DNA of 64,000 nucleotides, from NCBI GenBank assembly GCA_963666515.2, contig OY762897.2, forward strand, positions 128,001 through 192,000. The letters are read 5' to 3'. Each line of letters opens with the position of its first letter. Positions within the stretch are counted from its first letter, which is position 1. This stretch comes from Candidatus Binatia bacterium. GTDB lineage: Bacteria > Desulfobacterota > Binatia > UBA9968 > JAJDTQ01. A program made the position numbers and the translations under genes. Below the pieces are notes generated by a model. The model made no database searches. It was not told the DNA's origin and saw only the letters and a list, made by a program, of their open reading frames with translations. This document shows, in pieces, positions 18,763 to 28,616 of this stretch.

Positions 18763-21700
18763 TCCGTCCAACCCCGCATCATGTGCACTTCCTTCGACAA
18801 TCATTGCCGTTGAAATTCAGTTGATGCGACGCGAAATCCGGTCGCGGAGGTCGGGCGGGGAAGACGCAGTGAGATAACGCCTGCCGTCGGAGGTGAGGCT
18901 CCGTCCGCCTGGGCCGACGCGGATCAGGTTTAGACGGGTCAGATACTCCGACACGATCACGAAGTCCGCCCTGTTCGAGATTCCCAGTGCCCGGCGAATT
19001 TCTTCCTCCGCCGAAGCGCCCCGTGTTCTCAGCAGCTTGAGATATTCGACATGTTCCGAGGTAAGGCCGTTGCCGTCGATGCCTTGTGTATCAAACCACC
19101 GCGCCACGGCGGTTACGTTCATCAGTTCCGCCACTTCCTCCCTGGTAGGCACGCGTCCCAGCCTGTGCTCCGCCGTGCCGTAGAAGCTCGCTACCAGTGG
19201 CTCAAGGATGTTGACGCTTGGTCGCGGACTGCATTGCATGCGCGCCGCAATTTCAATGCAGGTCTCTCGACTCAGGCCGGCTTGCCCGAGCTTCTCCACG
19301 GAGCGGAGCCAGACGATCCCGGCCATCTCCTCAAGCGTGTAGGACCGCAGGATCGTCTTGTCCGGTCGGCTCTGAAACGCTTCCGATAGCCTGCCAGGAT
19401 CCGTTGTTGCCAGAAGAAAGACGACGTCTTCGAAACTATAGACCACGTTGCCGATCGTGGTGTCGCGCCGCTCGTCCAAGGCGCTGAGCAGCACCGTGGA
19501 AACCGGGCTTGCCACCGCATGCACCTCGTCGATGAAGATCAGGCAGGGATCGACGGTAACGGCGTCCGACGCGTCCGCCGGCAGTTTGCCAGCCTCCACC
19601 AAGCGCTCGACGATCATTTCCGGTCGGCGAAGATCGGCGCCGTTGAATGTAATCGGTTCCAACTGAAGCAATCGTTCGGCGATCCGGCGAGCGAGCGTCG
19701 TCTTGCCGACCCCGGCGGGGCCAACGAACAGCTTGTCGAGGAACCGCTCACCCCAACCCTTGGCCTTGCGCGCCTGATTGTCCAGTTCCTGGGCGATCTC
19801 GTGCTGGCCAACCATTCCCAGCGCATTCACCTGCGGCGGCCAGACCCGTCCCTCTCCCGACCCTTCTTCTGCTTCACCCGCTCGGTCGAACGGCGTTGAC
19901 GTCACCGACGCGTCCGTCCCATCCGGACGGTCGATCCCGGTCGCCGCATCGGCGACGGGCGACGACGGTTCATCCCCGGCCACTACAGTCGTTGTTCTCT
20001 CGGTTCTGCCGCTATTTCCCGATCCCGACGCCGCTCCGGAAGCACCGTCGGTCGGCGACGTCACCTCTTTCGCCGGAGCCGCTACGGGATCGCCGCTCGA
20101 ACGCTGCGCACCCCTGTCTTCTCCATCCGAAGCCTCTCCATCCGCACCGTCGTCTTCCGGCGGAGCCTTCGTCACGAAATCACTGCCAAACAGTTCCTCG
20201 GCTGCGCTTTCCGTGATTGTCCTGACCGTGATCGGGATCTGTTTCCCCTGGAGCGGCTTCACCCGGGCCGTTTCCGTCGACCGGAGCTTCACGACAACGA
20301 TCTCGCCATCGACCCGCAGGGCCGGCGGTTCAGCACTGTCGCCGAACAGGTCCTTGAGCAGCGGCCCCCAAATCTTGCGTTGCGCAACGTCGTCCTCATC
20401 TGCACCCCAGCGGTTCGATGCCGCCCTGACCAGGACCTCTTTCAGCATCTCCGACCGCGGTGCCGCAAACGGTCCGGCGCCACTGACCGCGCTCGACAAC
20501 ACCGCCGCCGTCTGCTCGATCTGATCGGCCGCATGACCGATCAGCTTGGCCTCGTCGGACAACGCCGCTCCTCCCGTCGTCTTGACTTCGATACAGGTCA
20601 ACCGGAACGACCCGTCTCCCGCTCGGCGAACCGCGATCAGGTCGCAGCGCTTGCCGCCACCCGCCGGTCCCAGCTTCAGCCAGAGGCGCGCGATCTTGTC
20701 GTCCACCGAAGCCACCAGCGCATCCGGATCCTCGCTTCGCACCTGGCGCGCGGCGAGCAACATACCGACGAACCCAAGCACCGACGCATTGTCGGGCAGT
20801 CCGGACCGTTTCTTGATCATGTCGAGCAGTCCTGCACCGACCAGGTTCACGCCCTGCCGCAGGACTTGGCCCAGGCTCTCGTTCGTGATGGTCAAATTGC
20901 AGTTGCTGAACGCGGTACGCATCAGGGTCGCCAACCGACCATAGTCCGCCGCGCTCAGCAGCACCTGGCGATGCCCTTCCTTGTGCCGCAGAAGCCGGAT
21001 CGACTTCATGCCGTTCTCCGGCGGCAAGGCGCGATCCGCGAGCAATACCCAGTACGCCGGCGGTCGATCTTCGAGCAGCAGGCGGTCGATCGTCGAGCGC
21101 AGCCGATCGGCGTCCGCGGAAGCAATCATCGTGCTGTCGCGCTGCTCCTGCTCGAATTCGTGAATCATCATCACGAAATCGGAAAAGGGCGGTTCACCCG
21201 GGTGCGGGCTCAGACTGATATCGCCCAGCATACGATCCACGACGATCTCGTTGCGCACGCAGAACGGACTCATCGGCAGCAGGCTCTCGACACGTCGACG
21301 CCGGACCGAAATCGCGGATTCATCGAAGATCGCGATCAGGTGCTGAGGTCGTTTCGACAGATCCTCTCGTACCAGCCGATCGAGGTTCTCATGGCTATCG
21401 CGTGCGACGCGGATATCGAGCCTCCCGGCAGAAACCTTCTCGTAGACCAAGTCCTGTGCCCTGCCTTCGAGGGTCGATGCCGCGATCAGCCGGTCTCTGT
21501 GCCCCGCCGTAGCGACGATCGTCACATCGAGCGCCGCAAGGCGCCGCGGCGTGTTCCGCCGCTCGTTCAGGAACTTTGTCAGCCGCTCCAGTAGCCGCGC
21601 CGCTTCCGGCGGGTTGACGAGCGTCAACCGAAGCGGCCGCGGATGGTTGGGGTAGAGCATCACAAAGTGATCGAGCGCCAGGACCAGCGTCTCCATGCCG

Positions 21701-23391
21701 TCGGCGCTACTGATCGCGTTATGCAGGTTCTCGAACGTTGCGAGACCGCAAATGGTGTTTGCGACGGGCAGCAGTTGATTGAGTCCCCGGCCTTCCGGTG
21801 TGGCGCCGGTCCTGATCACGCCGACAAAATGTTCCGGCCGGCGTAACTCTTTGATTACGACCTTTCTGTCGCTCTCGGACATCGGCCCGGCATGCGAGAG
21901 ATCGCGCAGGATTTCACCGAAGCGCTGATACCGCCACAAATGCAGAGGATGCAGCGGCAGCATCACCGCCTTGGCGCGGACCCCGCCGTCCGGACCCGCC
22001 ATGCGGACCTGTACTAGGTCGAGCGTCAGAATCGCGTCCAACGTCGCCTGAGCCCACTCGCGCGACTGGTCCCAGACGGCGCGGTAATTCTTCTGGACGG
22101 CCCCGTAGAGTTCGGTTGCCACTGCAAGATAGCGTGCGCAGTTCGCACACGTTTCAGGATGCGTGTCGAGCCACTCGCGCGGATGGATGAGAAGCGGCCG
22201 CACCATGTCCGCCAGGGACGCGCGCGCAGCGACGAAGTCGCGCCACATCTCGGCAATCGGGCGTCGGCAGGCTTCGGCAACCGCGTCCACCTCGTCCCAC
22301 GCTTCCAGCAGTGCCTCGATCGAATAGGCGACCCCGTCGTGTTTCCAGACCGCCTCCGGGTTCAGGAACACGGGATCGAACTCGGCATGGCGCGCCAACG
22401 CCTGCGGCAGGTCGTCAACGTCGACTTCCATGAACCCGCCGAACCGGTCCGTGTCGCAAAAGGCCGTAACCCAGTCGATGATCTTGGAGTCTACCCGTTC
22501 GTCGAGTCTGGCGGTGCCTTGGCTTGTCTCCTGATTGGACGCGAGCCGATCTCCGTTCTGCTCGAATTCCTCCCACGCCGCCTCGAGCGCCTCGCCTAGC
22601 GCGGCAAGGTCTTCCTCCCGCCCCTCAAGCAGCGCGTCCACCGCCATGTCATGCAGATCGGGCTCGTCCTCCTCCTCAGTGTCATCAGCCTCGTCATCGG
22701 GTTCGTCGTCAACTTCCGGATCATCGGGCTCCGGGCCGTAAGGGTCCGGCTTGTCGGGGGGCAGGGTTACGATTTGCTCTGCATCCTCAGGGGTCAGACC
22801 TGCATCGGGGCGGCCGCGTCGATATGCCTCCAGCCGGTCGAGTGCCCCGCTCAGCCGTTCCGCCGTCGCCGCGTTGCTGTAACGGGTCGCACGCTCACGC
22901 CGCTGCCTGATATCCCCCGGCGACATGCTGGTGACGCGCTCGCCGATCCGCAGATTGTATTCGAGCCGCTTTGCTAGGTCATCCGCCTCGAACAATCGAG
23001 GGTCGCGCAGCAGTCCAAGGGCGGGAAGAACGTCACGCGGCCTGCCTATCGTCCCGTCTCCGACATCGCTCCATTCGGCGAGAAAGACCGCGATGCCCTC
23101 CAGGGACCGAATCGAGCTCAGCTCCCGCGCCTCGCGTAGCGTCTCGAGCAGCACCCGATGCTGCGGCGTCGCTGTGAACTCGGGTTCGTTTTCCGCCCAA
23201 CGCAGCAGAATGGCCGCGAGCTCTCCCGAAGAGGCACGAGAGAAGAAGCGCAGACCGTGGACGCTCGGATTGTATCCGCGCGCTAGCGCGACAATCCTCG
23301 GATGCCGTTCCCGATCGTTGCGCCACTCGGTGGCGACGTGGAGATCAAGCGTCAGGCCAGCCAACTCGTCGAGCCCTTTTGCTTCCGCTAA

Positions 23392-25463
23392 CCCAAGTTT
23401 AACAAGGGTATTTGAAAGTCGTTATAAATTGTGGGGTTAGCGGGGCGATTTTGGTCTTCTGGCACTACATTCTGGAGTTTTAACGGATAATTCTGGAGAG
23501 TTCAGACGGTCAACTTTTTGGTACCGCCGGGTGCAGGATTGAGGCCGAGAGCGTTGTAGATTTCAATCTGCTGGAGTTCGGCCTGGGTGGCCTTGCGGAC
23601 ATGGAGGGTGCGGCCGTTCTTGCGGCGGAAGGTGGCGGTGACCCGGTGTTGGCCCTGGAGTATGCGGCGCAAGGTGGTCCAACTAGCGGTCTCGCCCAAG
23701 GCGGCGAGGCGGCGGCGGATAATCTGCACGAGTTGGTAGGCGATGACGGTGATGAACAAATGGCCGTCGGAGCGGTGCTGCTTGTGGTGGAAGATGGGAC
23801 GCAGGCCGAGTTCGGACTTGAGGGAGCGGAAGACGGCTTCGAGATCGGTGAGCATGGTGTAAGTGTGCCAGAGGGTTTGCGGGTCCGAGTCGCCGAGGTT
23901 GGTGCGCAGACAATAGACGCCGGGATGAGTGAGCATGGTGCCCGGGCGGGGCTGGCGCTTCCAGGTGACGGCCACGGCCTTGTCGCCTTGGATGTCGGCC
24001 ACGACCTCGACCTGGTAATGCTGAGCGGCCCCTCGGCTTTGCTCCTGGATGCGCCCGATGCGCTGCCAGACATGGTCGAGGGCCTTGCGGGTGCGGGGGC
24101 GGGAGAGCCCCTCGTGGAGTTTTTGCAAGGCGCCTTCGAAGCGTGCGGCAAAGCGTTCGGCGATGCCTCGTTCTTTTTTGGCGCGAGCTTCGGAGTAGCA
24201 GTAAAGCCGCACCTCGTCGTGGTCGTCGTCGACGACCCGGTGCAGGTGAACCTTTTGGTGGGAACGGGTCTCGATGGCGGTAGCCAGTTCGGGATCGAAC
24301 AGCCGGGTGCGTTGGCGGCTGACCACCAGATAGCGGTAGCCGTGGCTGCGCAACCAGGCGATGTTGTTCTCGGTGGCAATGCCTGCATCCATCACCACCA
24401 CAGAATCGGCGGGTGCCTGGAGGGTTTCAAGCATGGATGCCAGTGTCTTGTCTTCGTCGGCATTGCCGGCAAACACTTCCGAGCGGCGCACGAAGCCGGA
24501 ACCGTCCAGCACCAGTCCCAGGGTGAGCAGCGGGCAGTCGCTGCGCTTCTCTTTCGAGTGCCCCCGCCTGGCCTTGGGCTGGCCTTGAGCTTCGCCCTCA
24601 AAGAAGGTGTTGGTGAGGTCGTACAGCGTCACCGTGTGCCTCAGGCTGAACAACTCCGTCACCCGATCAAACAGGTGATTTTCGATGGCCTCGCGATGGG
24701 CCATCAGCGTATCCGAGGCACGGTAGAGCCGCATCAGGCTCAGGCTCTCGAAGTCCACGCCGAGCAACTCGCCGAGAGCGCTGCGGTTGCACAACCACCG
24801 CCAAGTGGCCCGTTCCGATCCGGGCTGTGCCATGCGCCCGATGATCAACGCCAAGGCTGCTGCCCTTTGCCGACCGTTGAACCCCAGCCCCTCCAGAAAC
24901 TCATCCAGGCCGACCTGCCCCATAGCCCACAGTCCTACATGCTCCACCCCCACCGAGCGCGGGCGCACTAACTCCAACGAGTCCACATCCACCGCCTGCA
25001 CATCCCCTCCGCCGCCTTCCGCCCGAGGCGCCCGGCTCACCAGTTGCATGGCGATCCGTTGGGCCTCCCGTTCCACCTCTTCCGAACACCCCAACTCCAC
25101 CAGCACCGCTTGCGGGTCGATCAATTGTTCGATGCGCGTACACAACACCGCCCAATGTTCCAGCGCCACCGCGAAGTCACTGCCGAGATTGAGCAGGGTG
25201 CGCTGCCGCACCCGCCCGCCGGTGCGCTCGGAGCGCACCAAGCGGTGGGTGAAGTAGCTCTTGCCCCGGTCGGCGCCGCGGGTCTGGGTGCGGCGGATGA
25301 ACATGGGTGCAGGATATCAGAGGGCGGAACGAGAATCAACAGAATATTTCAATTATGGCACTACATCAGGCTCCCCAAATCCCTACCTCAATAAATACAA
25401 CAGCTTAGAAGCTACAGCCGTGCCCAAATACCCCAAAATCCCCACATTCATGTTAAAGATGGG
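23392..25463 (-). mobile_element. IS1634-family insertion sequence
   Basis: Imperfect terminal inverted repeats CCCAAGTTTAACAAG / CCCATCTTTAACATG (reverse complement), flanking duplication CTAA (23388-23391 and 25464-25467; possibly GCTAA), AT-rich ends and one transposase ORF. Confidence 0.9.
23502..25304 (-). CDS. IS1634-family DDE transposase
   Basis: RVRQRTLLNLG, LYDLTNTFFEG, RGHSKEKRSD, VVMDAG and LEAVFRSLKSELGLRPIFH motifs; 600 aa, apparently intact. Confidence 0.93.
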   Translation of the reverse strand: MFIRRTQTRGADRGKSYFTHRLVRSERTGGRVRQRTLLNLGSDFAVALEHWAVLCTRIEQLIDPQAVLVELGCSEEVEREAQRIAMQLVSRAPRAEGGGGDVQAVDVDSLELVRPRSVGVEHVGLWAMGQVGLDEFLEGLGFNGRQRAAALALIIGRMAQPGSERATWRWLCNRSALGELLGVDFESLSLMRLYRASDTLMAHREAIENHLFDRVTELFSLRHTVTLYDLTNTFFEGEAQGQPKARRGHSKEKRSDCPLLTLGLVLDGSGFVRRSEVFAGNADEDKTLASMLETLQAPADSVVVMDAGIATENNIAWLRSHGYRYLVVSRQRTRLFDPELATAIETRSHQKVHLHRVVDDDHDEVRLYCYSEARAKKERGIAERFAARFEGALQKLHEGLSRPRTRKALDHVWQRIGRIQEQSRGAAQHYQVEVVADIQGDKAVAVTWKRQPRPGTMLTHPGVYCLRTNLGDSDPQTLWHTYTMLTDLEAVFRSLKSELGLRPIFHHKQHRSDGHLFITVIAYQLVQIIRRRLAALGETASWTTLRRILQGQHRVTATFRRKNGRTLHVRKATQAELQQIEIYNALGLNPAPGGTKKLTV

Positions 25464-25678
25464 CTAACGCACGCAACTCCTTTTCCGTTGTGTCAACTCC
25501 CACCAGCGCTAACGAGAATCCTCCGGCCGGCAGACCTCCCGCCGACAGCGCTTGCAGCAGGCACGGAATATCGAACTCCGGAAGCCCCTCCCGTGCGAAA
25601 TCGTTTTCGTCTTCTAAGCGCGAGAGTATCCAGGCTGCCAAGGCCTGGCTGACTAGCGATGCAGCCGTACGCGGCATC

Positions 25679-27013
25679 TCAAATAAGCTCCTCTGCATCA
25701 ATGGCTACCAGCGTCAGACCGTCGGACGGTTCGACCGCCAGCCCCAGCCTGACAAGGAGTGCCTGAAAGGCAGTTGCGTTCGGAAGCAGGTCTTCATCCT
25801 GATCGAGAGGCCCGAACCGGTTTGCGCGCAGGTTGTCGCCATCCGCCGCGTGGGCCCCGACCACGACCGACCAGGTCGTTCTGAGCTGCGCCGCGAATTC
25901 CGGCAGCGTCATCACTTGATCCTTCTCGAGCAGGCTGTATGCCAGAACCCGAAGCGTGTCCGCCTGCAACTCGACATGCTTGTGCTTCGCGACCGCCGAG
26001 CGGGGCTGCACGATGCCGATCCGTACGCCCAGGTCCCGAAAGTGCTCGTCCAGCACCTGCCGCGCTTCGGCGGAACTAGCGAACACGGTCCAGTCGTCTT
26101 CCTGGATGGCCGAACCATTGTCGTCCTCGAATGCCCGGTCATAGCTGAACGAGAAGAGATCCAGCGCCCGGGTATAGGTCGCACGGCTCTGTGCGCGGAT
26201 CCTGGGATTGCTGCCCTGCAGTGCGTCGACAAGCAGAAGCGGTGAGTCGCTTCCCTGGCGCATCATGTAGGCAAACAGCCAGCAACAGAGCCCAATCACC
26301 ATGTAGCGCATCGAATAGTTGGACTGCAGCCGCTCTAGATTCGCCGCAAGCCGGCCGACCGCAATCGTGCAGTCTTCCATTCCCGACCCGATCCGCGCCA
26401 GCCGCTCCGGCTTGATTTCTCCATAAAGCTCGTCGTGTTTGTCGCACCATTCTTCGGCCACGTCGTCGAGCAGCGGCTCGCCAAACGCGGCCAAGGGCGG
26501 CGGCGGTAGCTCCAGCAGCCTCCTGATTCCTTCGAGCGTCTCTCTTCCCGCGGCGGTCGCTTCCAGGACTGAAAGGACGAAGCTTCCCGAGTACCCATGA
26601 TTCTTCGACCGGTGCGAGATGTAGCGGGTTGAGGGGGCGCTGTAGTCCGCGCCGAACGTCGAATAGGGAGGGTAAACGGCCGACAGTGCCGACCCGTCGT
26701 TGTTGTATGCCGCGTTCAAGTGCGCGCGCAACGTGCGGAACGCCTCCAGGTCGACCGACTGATCCAATATGCCGCGTTCAACCAGCAACGGATGAAGGCG
26801 GTCGGCGGGATACTCGTCGCGAACTCTTGGACCGTCCTTCGGCGCCGTCTTCGGCACCGACGCCTTGTTCAGGGATTCCAGCCGGTAGTAGCGGCCGGTC
26901 AATGCCAGAAGAAAACTCGTGGCGAAGTGGACGGGCTTCATGCGGAAGGGCTGATAGCCGAGGATGGCCCCATGCACGCGACGCACCGCATCTGTATCCC
27001 GTGCCCTAGCCAT
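25679..27013 (-). CDS. Hypothetical 444-aa protein, third gene of the operon (DndG/DptG-like position)
   Basis: Start MARARDTD at 27013 overlaps the upstream stop. C-terminus L.RLGLAVEPSDG resembles the DndG-type C-terminal SD motif as I recall it. Confidence 0.7.
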   Translation of the reverse strand: MARARDTDAVRRVHGAILGYQPFRMKPVHFATSFLLALTGRYYRLESLNKASVPKTAPKDGPRVRDEYPADRLHPLLVERGILDQSVDLEAFRTLRAHLNAAYNNDGSALSAVYPPYSTFGADYSAPSTRYISHRSKNHGYSGSFVLSVLEATAAGRETLEGIRRLLELPPPPLAAFGEPLLDDVAEEWCDKHDELYGEIKPERLARIGSGMEDCTIAVGRLAANLERLQSNYSMRYMVIGLCCWLFAYMMRQGSDSPLLLVDALQGSNPRIRAQSRATYTRALDLFSFSYDRAFEDDNGSAIQEDDWTVFASSAEARQVLDEHFRDLGVRIGIVQPRSAVAKHKHVELQADTLRVLAYSLLEKDQVMTLPEFAAQLRTTWSVVVGAHAADGDNLRANRFGPLDQDEDLLPNATAFQALLVRLGLAVEPSDGLTLVAIDAEELI

Positions 27014-28616
27014 AGCTGCGTACCCGCTCGAAGCGGCTTCTGTCCGCGCTGAGGTTAACTTGAATAAGCTCAAGGTTTTCGAGGTGGATAGACCAGACCG
27101 AGTCGCGCTCGCCGACCGTGCCCGCACTGAGCTTCTGGAGGAAGGCGTCCAGGCGGTGAATGTCCCGCTCCGGAATCAGCTTCCGCGGCAGGCCACGCGC
27201 CAAGCGGCAGAGCGTCCGCCAAAGCGGGAAATCGATTCTCAACCGCGGTGTTCCGGAGAGCCGGCGGGCCGTCAATGCGATGTGATCTGAGCGATAGTCG
27301 AAGCATCTCTCCAACCGCGCCGGCAGTCGAGGCACCTCGGTGACGAAATCATCCGTCGCCACGCGTTCAGTGGCGACGAAGGAGCGTGAGGGCTGCTCGT
27401 GAAAGCGATGACCGTTCCACAGGTACAGGTGCTGGTCCCGCGAATCGAAGTGGCGCGGGCAGTACGCAGCGTTGATGGCATCGACGAGATTTGCGACCAG
27501 CATCCGACCCGATCCTTTTCTGCCCTGCACGAGATCCTCGAACTCCTTCGCATCTGCATCGGCCAAGTCGAACACCTCCTCGCCCTTCTCGTGCTCGAAA
27601 TAGAACCGGCGCTTGAGCGCAGCGAAATTCTCCCAGTCGAGCATCGGATGTGGCGTCGGCACTGGGGCCTGCAGCACCCATCCTTCGCGCACCTCGGGCG
27701 CGCGAGCATCGAGCGCGGCGTCCCATACGGGATGGCTGCAACCTGCAGGATCGACTGCCTGCAAAGCCTCCGTCAAGTCGAAGCGGTCGTCCCGTTCAAA
27801 CAGGGCCTCCGAATACCAGTCCATGCGCTGATACTCGCCGTGCTCCTCCGTTCCGAACACCATTCGCGCGAACAGGATCCACAGCTCCCGCACCGTCGCC
27901 CGATGGCCGAGCGCCACCATGCGCTCGGCAAGCGCCCTCAGCCGCGCCCGCACCTGGGGATGGGCGAGACGTTCGACGTTCCGACGGACAACAGCCTCCC
28001 GCGGACTGGCCAAGGCCGTCTTCACTCCTTCGTCGTCAAGCAGCCTGTCCAGCATAGAATCGAAGAATTCGCCGCCCAGCGGGTTCCGAAGACTGAGGTC
28101 GATCACCACTACGTTGCCGGCGCACCCGGTGGTCTCATCGTCCCCGTAAGCCAGACGGTCCTGACACTGCCGCCCGACTTCCACCAAGTGTGGGGCTGAC
28201 ACATCGGCCATTCGCAACTGGTAAAGCGGATATTCGTTCGCGGCCAAGCAAAAGGGCCGCCCGCCCTCGATGGCCTCGCGCCACTTCTTCAGGATCGGAC
28301 CCGGATCGTCGCCGCGCATCTCGGCGGTCGCGTCCTCGACCACGACAGCGCCGACGCTTTCAAGGTCATGCTTCACGCGCCGCAGCAAGTGCGTTTTCCC
28401 ATCGCCGGCATTTCCGGTCACGACGACATTCCTGCCCGCCCGCACCTGCTCGCCGAGAAACCGTTCGATTCCGCTTTCGATATGCAGTCGGTCGAAATCT
28501 TCTTCGGTCAGCGCTTCCGCGATGGCTTCCCTGCCTGCCGCGGCAAGCGTGCGCCACAACTGACTGCCGTCTCGTACGCCCTCTGCCTTTGCCGTGCTGC
28601 CTCCCCCTTCACTCAT
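27006..28616 (-). CDS. P-loop NTPase, DndF/DptF-like, 536 aa
   Basis: VVVTGNAGDGKTHLL Walker A, VVEDATAE, LAANEYPL, VIDLSLRN and TVRELW; ATGA overlap with the upstream gene. Confidence 0.75.
   Translation of the reverse strand: MSEGGGSTAKAEGVRDGSQLWRTLAAAGREAIAEALTEEDFDRLHIESGIERFLGEQVRAGRNVVVTGNAGDGKTHLLRRVKHDLESVGAVVVEDATAEMRGDDPGPILKKWREAIEGGRPFCLAANEYPLYQLRMADVSAPHLVEVGRQCQDRLAYGDDETTGCAGNVVVIDLSLRNPLGGEFFDSMLDRLLDDEGVKTALASPREAVVRRNVERLAHPQVRARLRALAERMVALGHRATVRELWILFARMVFGTEEHGEYQRMDWYSEALFERDDRFDLTEALQAVDPAGCSHPVWDAALDARAPEVREGWVLQAPVPTPHPMLDWENFAALKRRFYFEHEKGEEVFDLADADAKEFEDLVQGRKGSGRMLVANLVDAINAAYCPRHFDSRDQHLYLWNGHRFHEQPSRSFVATERVATDDFVTEVPRLPARLERCFDYRSDHIALTARRLSGTPRLRIDFPLWRTLCRLARGLPRKLIPERDIHRLDAFLQKLSAGTVGERDSVWSIHLENLELIQVNLSADRSRFERVRSYG

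Larger units (their letters stand above)
18817..25677 (-). pseudogene. ~1,594-aa putative defence protein (PD-(D/E)XK motif plus RuvB-like AAA+ C-terminus), interrupted by an IS
   Basis: The 5' part (25677-25464, MPRTAASLV..., GAGGAG RBS) joins the 3' part (23387-18817) in frame once the IS and one target duplicate are removed (ELRALAEAKGLDELAGLTLDLHV). Motifs RCDLIAV...IEVKT, GPAGVGKTT, IFIDEVH, LATTDPGRL and SPR. Confidence 0.88.

Noticed and set aside
18817-19842. Calling this the housekeeping ruvB gene
   Set aside because: It is the C-terminal domain of a ~1,600-aa ORF, is divergent, and has no ruvA or ruvC neighbours.
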